64,000 nt of DNA, taken from positions 744,001 to 808,000 of the forward strand of contig ML978121.1 of assembly GCA_010015805.1 (NCBI GenBank). Reading direction: 5' to 3'. The notes under the pieces were generated by a model that searched no databases, was not told where the DNA came from, and was given only the letters and a program-made list of their open reading frames with translations. Below are positions 40,201-53,131 of this stretch, in pieces (the first letter of the stretch is position 1; the number at the start of each line of letters is the position of its first letter). Source of the DNA: Rhizodiscina lignyota. Its lineage: Eukaryota. A program made the position numbers and the translations under genes.

Positions 40201-43200
40201 TGAAAAACGGTACAAAAAATCTGCCATTCTTGCTATCAAATCTGAAAAGCTTCTTGAGCTGCCATGGTTTCTAGTGGAAGTGACGAGCAATGAAGAAGTG
40301 GCTAATGAGGAGATGGCCAATGAGGAGGTGGAGGAGGTGGCCAATGAGGAGGTGGCCAATGAAGAGGTGGAGAAGGCCGGTGAAGAGGTGGCCGATGAGG
40401 ACACGGAGATGCCTGATGCAAGCGACGTTCCCTTGGAGCACCGCCAAATTCAGAGTGTTGCACCTCGCAAGCCTATTTGGGGTGTCAGGCGCGTAAAGAA
40501 AAGAGGCCGACCTCGTGTTGGGGCTGGAGGACATCTTGTTATTGCGATTTGGTCAAATCGACTGCATGAACTTGATGGCTTCCAATATCCTCGAAATTCA
40601 TTTAATACCGGCATTGACTACACCGTAAGGACATCCGCTTCCACTGGTCAGGTAGACGAAACCGGAGAGAGAGTACAGTCCGATATTCTCGGCGAGATGG
40701 ACGAATCGTCAGGCGCAGCAGAGGCAACACAACAAGCTGTGGCCAAGTCGACACCGACACCGACACAAGAGCTCCTGCCAACATCAACAGTCCAAGCTCC
40801 AGCCTCATCGGAGCAAGAACCAACAATACTACCAACGCCAGAAACACTCTCAACTCCCGCCACAACCACCAAGCGAAAGCGAGGTCGTCCTAGAAAAGTG
40901 CGCCCTGTAGAGAATATGCCAGCCGATGAGACAAATCAAATGGAGACAATCGCCCCAACTCCAGAGTCTCTTTCAACCTCTGGCGCTGCGGCTAAGCGAA
41001 AGCGTCCACCCCCTAAAGCGATGTCTTCCCCGGAAGACGTAGCGGACAACTATGCAAATTCAAAGAGCTCACCCTCATCAATGCCAGGATCTGTCTCAAC
41101 ACCTGCCACTGGGACTCAGCAAAAGCAAAACCGCAAAAGAGTTTCTTTCGTTGATGAAGCAGCCCTGGATTATGCTGACGAGTCAGTTTTCGCTCCGCCC
41201 CGTCAACAAGAACATATGGTAGAGACAACTTCTTTCACCGAAATGACGATATCGAACCCACCCTCGCATGCTATGCCATCACAGGAACATGTTTCATCGA
41301 CCTCTAAAAGCTTAGATACCCCAGAGACAGAACCACCTCCGAAACGCAGGCGTGGTCGCCCGCCCAAGAAGCGAGCTGTTTCATCAAGCGCAAACACTGC
41401 AAGCTTTGACACTGCATCGAGTGGAATATTGCAAGTCAACCTGGAAGAAAGCGTCTCTGCAACAGCGCCTGTTATTCCACCTCAATCGAGAGACGAGCTA
41501 GTGCCCCCTAGCGAAAAGGTCACTGTAGATGGTGGTCTCGGAGAAGTTGCGCCCAAGACTCCGGGTACTACAATCACCCCAGTGAGCTTACAAGCCTCAA
41601 TGATACAGACGCCTCTAGCCAGCCCAACTCTATCCACCCCACAAACGTATGATTCGAGTCGAGTTAGCCCTCTCAAGAAGGCGCGTTTCGATGCGTCACC
41701 CCTCCAAACTCGTTCACCATTACGCATGGGAACGACGATGATCGGGCCCACGACAGCAGATCAACGATCGAGCCCCCTTCGGAGAGCAGCTGGAGTCAAA
41801 GTCAGCGGAGGTGCTACGTTGATGGATGTTGACATTCAAATGCCTGACGCAGAGAGTGCTCCGAAAATACCTGAGACGGCCGCAACAGAGAAACAGGTCA
41901 ATGGTGCGGAAGAGGCCACCACAGGTGCAGAACGCGGGACATCTGTACCCGCAAATCAATCACCAAATGGGATAACGACGCAAACCGTGGCGAATAATGC
42001 AACTTCAGTCGAACCAGCCGTCGAAAATCCAGTCGATCCGTCCGCTTCCACTCCTGCTCCATCCCAACTACGTTCTAACGACGGCCTCGAGATAGGTCTA
42101 GCACGTCGTGGTGGCTCTGTTAACAGACTCGGAGGCAAACTAATATTTGATATTCTGCAGCGATGCGGCGGCGTTTTTCCAGCAAACGACGAGATGGCCA
42201 GACCTTTTGGCGCAGCATGGCAACAGCAGTTTAAACGACAAGCGACTCCCGAGCTCCGTACTGTGAACGGCATTGTCAAATCACTCATTGACAAGGCAGA
42301 GCTGAAGAGATTCAAATTCTCATTCAAGGATAGTAGAGGCGTCGTACACCCTCGAAAGATCATAGCGTTGCCGCGCATTGTCCCCGGATCTCCAGAACTC
42401 AAAGTGCTTCAAGAGAAGATCAGTCGTGCTCACCCCAACAAATACATTCCGCCCGAAGCATGGGGACCGGGGATGAAACATGACTTCCAAAGCGAACAGA
42501 ACGATATCAAACCTTCTGGAAGGGTCCACTTTGCGCAGCAAGCAAACACCTGGGTCGAGATAAAACACCCGAGTAAAACCCTCCTGAAAGCTGTGCAGCG
42601 GAAAGAGGAAGCGAAACAGAGAAGGCTTCGGAAGATTCAAGAAATTGATGCTGCAATGGCGGCCCGCAGGGCTGCTTATGTAACTCCTATGACAAGCAGG
42701 GGCAAATCCAGGCTTGCTCGGTTCCATAAGTGGAAAAAAAGTATTGAGAGTCCTTCGGAGGATGAGACCGATGATGAAGTTGCTCAGTACAACTTGGGTC
42801 AGTCTGGCTATCGAATCATACATTCGAAGCCCCCCGCGGACGGGATTGGGCCCCAGCCTGGCCATCCACCGAACCAAGATGCACACGGAGCAAAAGACCC
42901 GCTTGTTGGTGGAGTTCAAGCTGTCCCGACACTCGGTCAATATGCATTCGTACCCAAAAGCTCCCTTGTTGGTGAAGATCAAGCTTTCGGGATACTCAGG
43001 CCACCTCCGGGCCAGCGTCTACACAAAATTCCTCCGTCGATTTATCCTCTGGAAGCCTGGAAGCCCTTTGGGATGCTAGGGCCTGAGGTGCTCGGGCCTG
43101 AGGTGTTCGGGCCCAGGCCGCGAGCAAAGTCGACTCGCTTTAGCTCAATCTTTTTCAGACCCACGCAGCGATTTTATCCGAATACGGGTACATTTTCTAC

Positions 43201-45169
43201 AGAGTTTGGTCGACTACGTGGGCGACCCTTCGAAACCTTTCCATCTCCACTAGAGCTGCTCGGAACACGATCTCGCGAATATGTAGAGCCTGTACTTTTC
43301 CAGCCACGATCAGAGCCTGCCAAAAAGAAAGTCATCCGAAACAATCCCAAAAGAAAATACAAACCGATGAAGAGCTCTGATATCCCACTGGACAGGGTGC
43401 AGAAGATGGTCTTTGCTCTCATTGCCATCCGGGCCCTCACCGGCGGCATCGGTGGAGGCCTAAACTTTTATATTCTAAACCACATCTTCAGAAATGACGA
43501 AATGTACGATAGAGCCTCTTACAGACAGAGATGGCTCACATTCGAGAGGAATAACCGGGTTTGGATTGATAAGATGACCGCAGACTTTCAGAGCCGCTTC
43601 CTGCAGGCATATGCTGTGGGCGATGTCCCGCCGCTGAACTACGAGAAACTGGAGACGTACGACTGGGATAAACTCATGGACTGGGCCGTCCCTACTCTTG
43701 CAGAGACTGCCGGCCAGACCCCTAAACTTCCGGCCTCGAGGGTTCTATTTGACGAGGACTATCGCATCGACCAGCAAAACAACTCCACATACGGGACTTT
43801 TCGAGACAAGATCTACTATGAGACTGCTAACTCTCTAATGCGCGTCAATTTATGGCACCGTCAGCCGTTTTCCATTGTCTCTGTTTCATCTTCAGATGCG
43901 TACATGGAGCTGAGGCAGCGAGACGCTGAGCTTATTCCGTCGATTGCGGATTTTGATGCCCAGTTTGGGGACGACATTTCGCTTTCAATGGAAGAGTATA
44001 GTGCTCTGAAACCAGACGCTTCTTTCGCACTGGCAATGTCGGTCGTTCGCGCAAACGTCTTCACGCCATCCGACAGGTACAGCAGGGAGGCCGCATATCA
44101 TCGCCTCTCTGCATTTCCAAACGACCAGCTCTTCTCGGCCATTACCGCCATGGAAAAGGGGAAGGTGATTCAAAGGAACAAGGAGTTCTCTTCTGATCGT
44201 GAATACGTCATCCCCCACGATTTCTGGGACAAGCTGCACTATCATATGAAACTTCGTGAGCGTCCATTCTTAGAGGCGGTGAAGTTCAAGAAGGATCTCG
44301 ACGAAGCCTTCAGTAAGGGCAAGGGGCCCTATACCTTTCCTCAAGACGCCAGCAATGGGATGACCATGGCTGTGGACAATCTGCTAGCGAATGGGAGGAT
44401 CAAGCTTGCGCCAATTTTGCCGAAGATCGACTCGAGGTTCGGTGAGCCTGGGAAACGACTGACGAAATGGGGATGGTTGGAGGGCTCCTACCAGACACGA
44501 AAGGTCAACGTGGACCATTTCTTCTATCCATTGGAGGTCACGCCAACTGAGAAGTACGAGTTTGGCATCCCGCTGCGGAACTCCAACCATCCACAACTGC
44601 CTTACCCAGCTCTGCCGCCCCGAGTAGATCCTAACGACCATTTCTTGCCTGTCCCGATTTGGATGGACATCAACGGTGAAATCAACATAACCATGTGGCA
44701 AAAGATTCTCTGCCTTATCCTGAATTGGCTGATCATGCGGCCGTTTATGGGAGCGGAGGAGTTGGCCTTGGTGAACATGAGCAAGGGCTTGTTCTGGGAG
44801 TGGGAGTTGCGCTTGGCATTGGAGTGGATGGAGGATGCTGGGCTTGTTGTTGGCAAAGATACGGTTGGGATGGATGGGAAGGTCATTGGAAAGAGATGGA
44901 CTACCGGAGAGTGGTGGTGGCTGTGTTTTGCTGGTGGAGATGATGGGGCGCGCGAGGACGGCGAAGGAGAAGACATAAACGGGGGAGAGAAAGGTGAAAA
45001 CGATGAAGAGGGAGGAGAAGATGGTGCTCTAGAAGACCAGGATGGTGTTGTGCAAATTGAAGATGGTGCTGTGGAAGTCGACCAAGACGAAGACTGGGAG
45101 ATGCAAGAAGTCGATGACGATGGGACGTACGTGGACGGAGATGATGATGTCGCTATGGATGATGAGTGA
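37277..45169 (+). CDS. TFC3: RNA Pol III transcription factor TFIIIC large B-block-binding subunit (Tfc3/Sfc3)
   Basis: Exon 1 MARGFDELIEFLLTEIGLCG, intron 37344-37556, then a >2500 aa exon. Motifs GI.QPDLV..S.QDKRSVPKRTD.L.EKGYI.K (B-block domain), GTFST, PIWMDING and W.TGEWWW, with an acidic tail. Confidence 0.88.
40290..40400 (+). repeat. Coding imperfect tandem repeat (EEVAN-like units) within TFC3
   Basis: gaggaggtggccaat-like 15-nt units encoding NEEVANEEMANEEVEEVANEEVANEEVEKAGEEVADE. Confidence 0.85.
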
Positions 45170-45849
45170 TGGGTAGGACTGCGCGGCATAGATATTGGCT
45201 TTGCTCACTTTGCACTTTGCTGTCGAGGATCGGATCGGTTTGCGGAAAAGGCGTTGAGCTCGGAGGTTGTTTGTACTCTACACTGCATATGATACCCGGA
45301 TAGAGGATTAGGGGCAAAACTAGCTTGTATACTACGATCCAAACGATTTCGTCCATCTTCAAATACAATATTTGCACATGGAACGGTGGCCCTCACCGCT
45401 GCGTTCGCCAACCTCGTAGGGCTGAGGTGAGAGAAACGAGAATTCGGCAGTCCGATTCCGGCGCGACCGGCTTAGAGCCGAGTGGATTTCTGCGTAACAA
45501 GAGTAGCTTTGCCTCGATTGCGAACAATTGCCCGACTTACTCAATTTTGTAAGCGGTGCAGTTGGCCGACAGTCATTGTCGCCAGGTCCTCATTTCGTGA
45601 AGAGACTGCTGCGAGTGCAGCGCGAAGTTTTATTTCGGCTTCAGTCGATCCATCGCCCGCGGAGCGAATATATAACCGTTTCCACGGAGCCAACGAGGAG
45701 CTCTGACAACGAGGTCGCGCGACGGTCCTGATTCCTTTCGATACTTCGAAAACAGCTGTTTCCGACGAGATATCGGTTTCACAAGAGCTTGGTGTTCCTA
45801 CGGATTCTAAAGGGCGAGGGAGGAGTCGGTGATTGGAGAGTATAGCAAG

Positions 45850-47107
45850 ATGTCTACGACGACTGGGTAAGCGGCTCATTTTCTTACATGCCAATATGGT
45901 CTGAGAGTTCAGCATGCTGATCACACATCTTCCTACAGCGCTTTCATAGCAGGCGGCATTGCGGCGTGCGGTGCGGTTACGGTGACACACGGTTTCGAGA
46001 CGGTGAAGATTCGGTAACGGGCCCTACAATTAAGCTAGCGGAAGAGAGAGCTCGGATATCGAGCATGTTAGGAGGTTGAATACCTGCTGGAACAAGGGCT
46101 AATGGACGCATTTTGGCAGGTTACAATTGCAAGGAGAGCTACAGTCGAAGCAGGACACGAAGCGATTATATCGCGGCGTGCTCCACGGCTATGGAGTCAT
46201 CCTCAGGAATGAAGGAGTAAGAGGTCTCATGAGAGGTATAGGTTGTGCAGTAAGTCGTCTCCAACTTCCTTCAGCTACTACAGTTTCCGTAAAGTACGTA
46301 TTGGCGTTCCGAACCATGCTAATTTAGCATCTGTGGATAGTATATCTACCAAATCGCGCTTAACGGCTGCCGTCTCGGTTTCTACGAACCAATCCGGAAA
46401 TCTGTTACCTCCGTCTTCTATACCGACCCCTCGAAGCAGATCCTCCCCATCAACATCCTCGCAGGAGCGTCATCTGGCATCCTCGGCGCCGCGGCCGGCT
46501 CGCCGTTCTTCCTTGTAAAGACTCGTCTCCAGTCTTTCTCCCCTTTCTTGCCCGTCGGTACACAGCATCCATACCGTAACGCTTGGGACGGTCTGTCACA
46601 AATCTACAGAGCAGAGGGTGTTAAGGGCCTCTACAGAGGCGTTGGACCAGCAATGGTGCGCACGAGCTTTGGCAGTTCGGTACAGCTGCCGACGTACTTT
46701 TTGGCGAAGAGAAGGCTTGTCAAGTATTTTGGAATGGAGGAGGGTCCACCATTGCATCTGCTGAGCAGCACGGCTAGCGGCGTTGTCGTGTGCTGCGTCA
46801 TGCATCCGCCCGATACAGTTATGGCCCGTATGTACAACCAGACTGGCAACCTGTACAGAGGCGCGTTCGATTGCTTGTGGCAGACAGTGCGGACGGAGGG
46901 TGTGATGGCGGTTTATAAGGGGTTCTTTGCGCATTTGGCCAGGATTTTGCCGCATACGGTACGTTGCATTGCAAGATGTTTTTGAGAAGGAAAATGACTG
47001 ACAAAATGGCCCAGATCCTCACGCTTAGTCTGGCTGAGCAGACGAACAAGATCATGCGGAGGATAGAAGACCGCATCCTCCCCGAAAAGATAAAGGAGAA
47101 TATTTGA
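45850..47107 (+). CDS. OAC1: Mitochondrial oxaloacetate/sulfate carrier
   Basis: MSTTTGAFIAGGIAACGAVT.TH.FETVKIRLQLQGE, SPFFLVKTRLQSFSP..PVGTQH, GSSVQLPTY and HLARILPHT. Four short introns (first 45867-45938). Stop TGA at 47105-47107. Confidence 0.93.
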
Positions 47108-50100
47108 AAAGCGCCCGACTACCTACCCTTCGCCGTTCTCTGGGCTTCGAGCGTAATTGCATGGATCTCAAGCGTGGCTCGTTCGCCACGGCGTGTTCTT
47201 TCAGGTTTTCAAAGCATGTGAGGCTGTAGAAAAGAACGGTCCTTTGAAATGACTTGCATAGCGAGCATCTGGAGGTTGTGTGGGCTGTCAACCTGTTTTT
47301 GTATGTAACCGCGGACGCACGCACGGAGGAGAGCACCGAATGTAGACATGGCGTGCCACATCGCGGGTGCTCGGGGAGCTTTTTGTTGCTACCAGAGCGA
47401 TGGATCGGGATGTGCGTCTAGTCGTAGATCTGGGGTATCTGGAGCTGTTCGCATCGTGCTATTTTTGACCAGTTCTTGAATTATATTAAAGCTGTGCCTG
47501 AAGTTCTGTGGGCAAGCGCAATGGGAGCCTGAAAACCGCCGTGACGAGGGAGGCAGCACAACATCAACGCGAGCATTATCAGAGCCCACGATATCCCGGT
47601 AACGAATCGGAAGCAACGCACAGATTCTTGTTTTCACGCTCAATCCTTCAGTTTCAATCCTTTCGGCATTTGATGTCTCTTCACCAGCAACATATGATGG
47701 TCACGAGCCTCGAAGGGCCGACATCGCACATGAAGCTTGCACCCAGAGGGTATCGCGACTATTTCGAAGAAACTGATATCGGCAACTCCTCACGACATGG
47801 CAACTATCTACGCGCTCAGATGTCCGTCACGGAGTCAATATACCGACGCTGCCCGCGACACGGACGCCTTGATCATCGGCGCAAAGAGCGAAGTTGGCGA
47901 TCTCTGCATCAGTTGAGCAGTATCTCGGTTTCGCTGAAGTCTCTTTAAGGGAGTGCGACTTCGATTGGCGACAGGCTCACGATAGGCATTGCACGATAGA
48001 CGCCTGGATAATGAAAATAGCTATGGGCCTATGCCATAGTGAGCAGGAAGGATGGCACCTCCCTGGCGTTCCTCTAACCTTGCAGACCTGAACTCTCATC
48101 ATTATCAGAGCTTTGGGTGTCCTAGGGGACCTGATGATTAAACGTTGCAGATTTAATGCCCGTGGTTGACAGCGGTGTGGTTGATGATCCATGGGAGCAA
48201 GAGTCCCACCTGTCAAACTGTCAAGGCACGTTGGAGCACTGATGTCGAACTGATGGGCGATCCAGTCCGCTGGGAACGACGGTGTCAAGATGGTTATTTC
48301 CAGGGATTTGTGGAAATGGGAAGTTTTAACGTCCCATGAGCGGCGCTTCGATGGATGCGATGCTGGACAACGATCCAGCTGCTGGCCAAAAACGCCATCG
48401 ACGGCTCCTTCAACGGCTATCGTCAACGGTGCAAATGAAGCTCACGTTAATATTGGAATCTTGCGCGACCCTGTTTTCTGCCCCAATGCAAGCCAGGCGA
48501 GGAGATTCATGCATGGACGGCTCCCTTCCCGCTCCATCTGCGCTCCTGAATGGCTCAACGAGCATCGAAAAGCAGCTATGGGGAGACGAGGATCTCTGGG
48601 CCTTTGCCAAGTGAAGCTTGATCTGTTCTTGTCCAGATCACGGCCGTGCGATGGCGCCATGCAAGGCCGTTTCGGGTTGTTTTCTTCTGCCTTCACCGAC
48701 GCAACGATAGAGAGCCAGTGGACAGATTTAGCGAGAACCACACAGCCATGGTGGGTTTTTGACAGATCGGCCATGCAAAGAAGGGCCCGAATTCGTGGAA
48801 ATAGCGAGAACGCGCACTATCTCCTAACAAGGGTCCAATTTTTGGCATGATTACGGCGGCAAATGTACATTGCGATGCCCAGGAGTCAGGAGAGCAGCGC
48901 AAGCTACTGTACGTATAGCATCAGACGGAAAAGACTGTGACCATCAGCGCGGGTCCTGGGCACAGCTGTTGACATCGCACCAGTGGCTTCGACGGCAGCA
49001 CGTGGTTGACGTCTGAGAAGGGCCGAGGTCTGATACCAAACGTTTTGCTCCCTGTGGAAATGATTTTTTGGACTCCAAATCTTGGCTCTTGACCCCGGAT
49101 CGCTCGAGCCTTTGGGCGATGAGTAAGGCGACTAATTCTCCTCTTTGAGACAGATTTGAGTCGGGAGGCGGCGGATACCTATGGTCACGTTCCAGGCGAG
49201 GCACCGTTTGAGCCGTTCACTACGTGACTTGCTCGGAGTTGCTCCAGCTGCGCACACTTTTCGCTGGCCGATCACATTACCTACGACAATTACGACGCGT
49301 GCTCCCGGAAAAGGGTGTGTCGCTTTAGCTTGCTGCATGCGGTAAGCGGGCAAACCAGCAGACAGCGGCCGCGGCCAGGTTCTGGCGTCTGCGTTGCTTT
49401 GCGGTGCGAAGCTGCAGACCGGCGGAGAAAGTGGCCTCTTCTCGCTCGCCCATTTGCTGTGAGGCATTTGGAGCGGCAAGCCTTTCCTCTCGATTCCGGG
49501 ACTTGGGGAAAATCTTGCGCAGCGTCCTCAGGTACTGGGACCGCCTCATGCTGCTCATGCTACTGCCAGTCATCGCCCAAGCGAGGGGGTCCGGTTCTTT
49601 TGGAGCAATGCTTGTCAGAATCAATAAGACCGTATTCCGCGCATTTCAGGATCAGGATATGATGGGCACGCAAATTTAGGAGTAGCAGTTGCGCACCAAC
49701 TCCAGCACGGCGACGGCTAAGTGTTGTTGGTGCCCTTACGGGCCGAGCCCTAATAATAAGAGCTAGAGGAGAAGAGCATCAAGCATCGAGCTCGCCGTGT
49801 CACGCCCCGGATCCTTCGTCGCACTGCTCAGCTTGTTTCCTGTGGACTGGGGCTTGGGCAGCGCTGGCCGCCAGCGTGATGCATAGTGCGGAGAACCTGG
49901 GCGGCGCGCCCTCCAACCGGATATCAGCACTGCGTTGCGCAAAAGGCGATACGGGGGGTGAAAGGCTCTGGCGGAGATTGAATCAGCACAATCGGCTGGG
50001 GTGCAGTTGATCACTCTCATGCCCGTATTCGATCGCTAGAGAAGTCTCAAAGCCTCACGCACGCACACACGCAGCACTCACATCACATATAGCGTAATCC

Positions 50101-50633
50101 GCGCGATTCTGAGAGCAGCTAGTTCGCAGCGTAGACATAACCCGCTGCTGGCGCTGCTCTAGCCCCGGCCAGTCTCGAGTCGTATTTTGCTCCTTCGAAT
50201 CCTCCACCCTTCCCGCTGTCTCTTTCTCCTCTTCTCCACGATCCATCTGCTCTCCAGCTGCAAAAGGCCACTGCTCCGTCCTACCTTCCCCTTCCACTAC
50301 CCCGCCGAGCTTCTTACAAATTCCTGTGTCACCATAGGGCGACACCCAGGCACCTTTGCCTTGCACTGCTCTATTATACCAGGCCCTTACTGCCCATCGT
50401 TCACGTCATCCAATAACCGCATCGTCTCTCCGCTCCCCAGGCGATGATCACGCACACCTAAGCCAGAAGGCACGCGACTCCGCTTGCACACGCAATATTA
50501 CACCGCCTCAAGGCCAACGTAGCCAGAGGACTTTTACTCTCAATTTTCTTCTCCTTCGACACTTAGGTACAGCCGATTCAAGTCGCCGAAGAAGCATGAA
50601 CTTTCGCCTGCTGCACTCCCTCCGCCTCGCACC

Positions 50634-51641
50634 ATGTGCACGCTGCTCCAACGCCCTGCAATGCCAACCGCACCCTCTTTGAAGCCGCTCTCCTCACCAC
50701 CAGCAACACCAACGCCCAAGCCGAACCCGAACTTCTTTCCCTTCAACGCCGGGCCGCTCCCGCTAGCGCTCCCGCTGTCGTTCGCGCTTCCTCCCGGCAA
50801 GCTAACGCCGCCAAATTTCACCTTCTCCCTCACCACCGCTCCCAAGCCGAATGGGCGACTCGATGCCAACCCTCTCAAGCGGCGTCGACGCCTGACTGAC
50901 GTCGAAGGTGACCGGACTTCGGCTCTGCTGCGTAAGAAGCGCCGTCTCCGCCTCACTCTCATCACGTCTCGGCTGAGTCGTCCCTTCTCGTCGCCGGCCA
51001 CGAACATCGTCGACAGGGGACAGAATAAAGCAGCCGTGTGGGCGAGGATACGCAAGAGCCGTCTGCGAGTGGGCAGGGATGTCTGCGCGAGCCTCAAGGC
51101 GGGCGCAAATGGCAATGTTAGTGGAGCCACCGTCGCCGGAATCGGGATGCCGGAGCCGATGTTACGCAAAGCTGCCATCCTGAACCGGCTGCGCCTGCAG
51201 GGCAAGCTCTTTCAAATGAAGACAGACAGTGGCGTGCCCATAGTGTCGGACGCGCCGTTGAAGTGCCAGCTTCAGAGCCAGGAGCCGAAGGCCATTGCGT
51301 CGGGTGCGACAGACGAGCCATTCGTCGAGACTGTCATCACCACGGAGGCTGAACGCATCGAGAGTCCGAATCTTGCCGCGCTGTTGACGATGAGTAAGGA
51401 GACGTACAAACCAGTGTCACCGTCGCCGCTCGGTATGCATACGAACTACGATGCGCTGGATTTGGAAGACGAGTTCCCCGAGGACGAAGAATACGATTCC
51501 GAAGGGGGCGAGGAACTCTTTGGTGGTGGACGCCGGAGAGAGAGCTTTTACAGCGATTTCAGCTCCTTCGATGCTGAATCGTCTGGGGATGGCGACGACG
51601 AAAGTTTTGGCAATATTGGCTTCAGCGCCATCCCAAGGTGA
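50634..51641 (+). CDS. Hypothetical low-complexity protein (Pro-rich N-terminus, basic core, acidic C-terminus)
   Basis: 335 aa ORF downstream of a pyrimidine-rich promoter-like region. Basic block RKKRRLRLTLITSRLSRPFSSPATNI and SPLG..NYDALD motif. Function not recognised. Confidence 0.7.
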   Translation: MCTLLQRPAMPTAPSLKPLSSPPATPTPKPNPNFFPFNAGPLPLALPLSFALPPGKLTPPNFTFSLTTAPKPNGRLDANPLKRRRRLTDVEGDRTSALLRKKRRLRLTLITSRLSRPFSSPATNIVDRGQNKAAVWARIRKSRLRVGRDVCASLKAGANGNVSGATVAGIGMPEPMLRKAAILNRLRLQGKLFQMKTDSGVPIVSDAPLKCQLQSQEPKAIASGATDEPFVETVITTEAERIESPNLAALLTMSKETYKPVSPSPLGMHTNYDALDLEDEFPEDEEYDSEGGEELFGGGRRRESFYSDFSSFDAESSGDGDDESFGNIGFSAIPR

Positions 51642-51834
51642 ATGCGGTATTCAGATTGGATATGTGGTATGGATAAATTGGCGCCGAATTGATGCATAGC
51701 GGAAAATTGGGAGGTGAGGGAATCGGAACAGGGTGTGACTGGACCAAAATCGGGTGCATATGGATGAATCTCCTTTGTTTTCTTCGCATGGAGTTTCGAT
51801 CGCTTTAATGTGGATGGATCTCGGGACGACCTTT

Positions 51835-52580
51835 TCATTGAAGCTTCTTCGCACGATCTGATGCTATTTCACACATCGCCTTCAAAAAATATGTTAGTTA
51901 TGTTGTTCAATTGTAACGTATACAATGCAGCAAAAATTCATAGACATACCTTGATGGCTTCTTCACGCTCTGCTTTGATGTCTGCCCGTGAAATGCGAGC
52001 TCTCATATCATCCATAATCACAGGCCTTGGTCGACCGTTGACGAATACTCTTCTCCTACGTTAGCATAGGAGTTTGCTCCAACTCCTGATGGCACTCTAT
52101 TGATAGGACGCACACGTATCTCAACGTCGGAAAAGTAGCCTCGTACTCCTCGTTTAATGATTTTAACATATTTGCCTCTTCCTCTTTCCTCCTCGCCTCC
52201 TCATCCTCGGCCCCAGCTGTCGCAGAAGCAGCATTCATAGCAGCCTGCTCCATCCTGCTCAACGCACTGTCCACCTTCTTCTCCCCCAGCCTCGGATGGG
52301 CGCCTAATATCCCATCGAGCACTTCGATATCATCTTCCCGCGGCGAGACGGCCAGCGTCTTCATCCCCACGCCAATCAGCTCGATCAAGTCATCGTAGCT
52401 GCTGAACAGCGGTAGGGGAGGCGACGTCGCGGTGTCGTCGGCGGAGCAGATGATCGGGCGTGCAAGGGCATGGACGGCAGGGGAGGGCTCGAAGAGGAGA
52501 TCGAGGACGGCATTTTGCGTTGCTTCAGGGAGAGTTGGGAGGTCTGAAATCGACGGGAGTCGCTCGAGGGAGTGAGACAT
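51835..52580 (-). CDS. OHCU decarboxylase-family protein (purine catabolism)
   Basis: LDLLFEPS, ILGAHPRLG, S..EQ, L..LN.EYE..FP.LRYVVFVNGR and MCEIA.DR. Introns ~52050-52113 and ~51880-51950. Confidence 0.88.
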
Positions 52581-53131
52581 CTTGAGGAAGAGGTGGTGCG
52601 ATACTTATGGGTGAGATGGGACGGGCGTTTAGACATTTGTTTAGATAGCAGAGATACCATGGAGCTTGGACCTCCCTACTTATCGCGCTTTCGCAATCGC
52701 CGATAAAAGGCCGAGTTGTTTCACTGGGCTTGGCGGCGCGCGTCTATCGTCCTCATTTCGCCTCAAAGGCGCTCTTGCGAGCATCGCACGTCTTTTCAAC
52801 GAATTTCGCGTTGACTCTAGAAGATCTTCGAGATGATTTACTGTTAGAGTAGTCGCCTACTTTCACCAAGTGTAGGATTTCATCTGCTCACCGTGTTTCA
52901 CCGTGCTCTTCCTGCGCCACACATTTTCTGGTTGCCTGCGAATTCTTAGATTGGCTATCGTTAAGTTCTGCTAATAGAAGGGTAGTCTGCAATGGCTCTT
53001 TTTTCGTGGCTGTGCGTTTCAGGGCGCAATATTAGTTGTATGAGGGCGCCATCTTCCACTTGTTGGTACATATTTCAAATCTGAGAGCTCCTTTATAATA
53101 GCAGTGACGGAACAGCTTCTGAGAAGACGAT

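Noticed and set aside
40290..40400. Tandem repeats as a CRISPR-like array
   Set aside because: They are in-frame coding repeats without unique spacers, in a eukaryotic genome.
47300..50500. Numerous 60-190 aa ORFs between OAC1 and the 50634 gene
   Set aside because: They overlap on both strands, mostly use non-ATG starts and show no protein-family signal.
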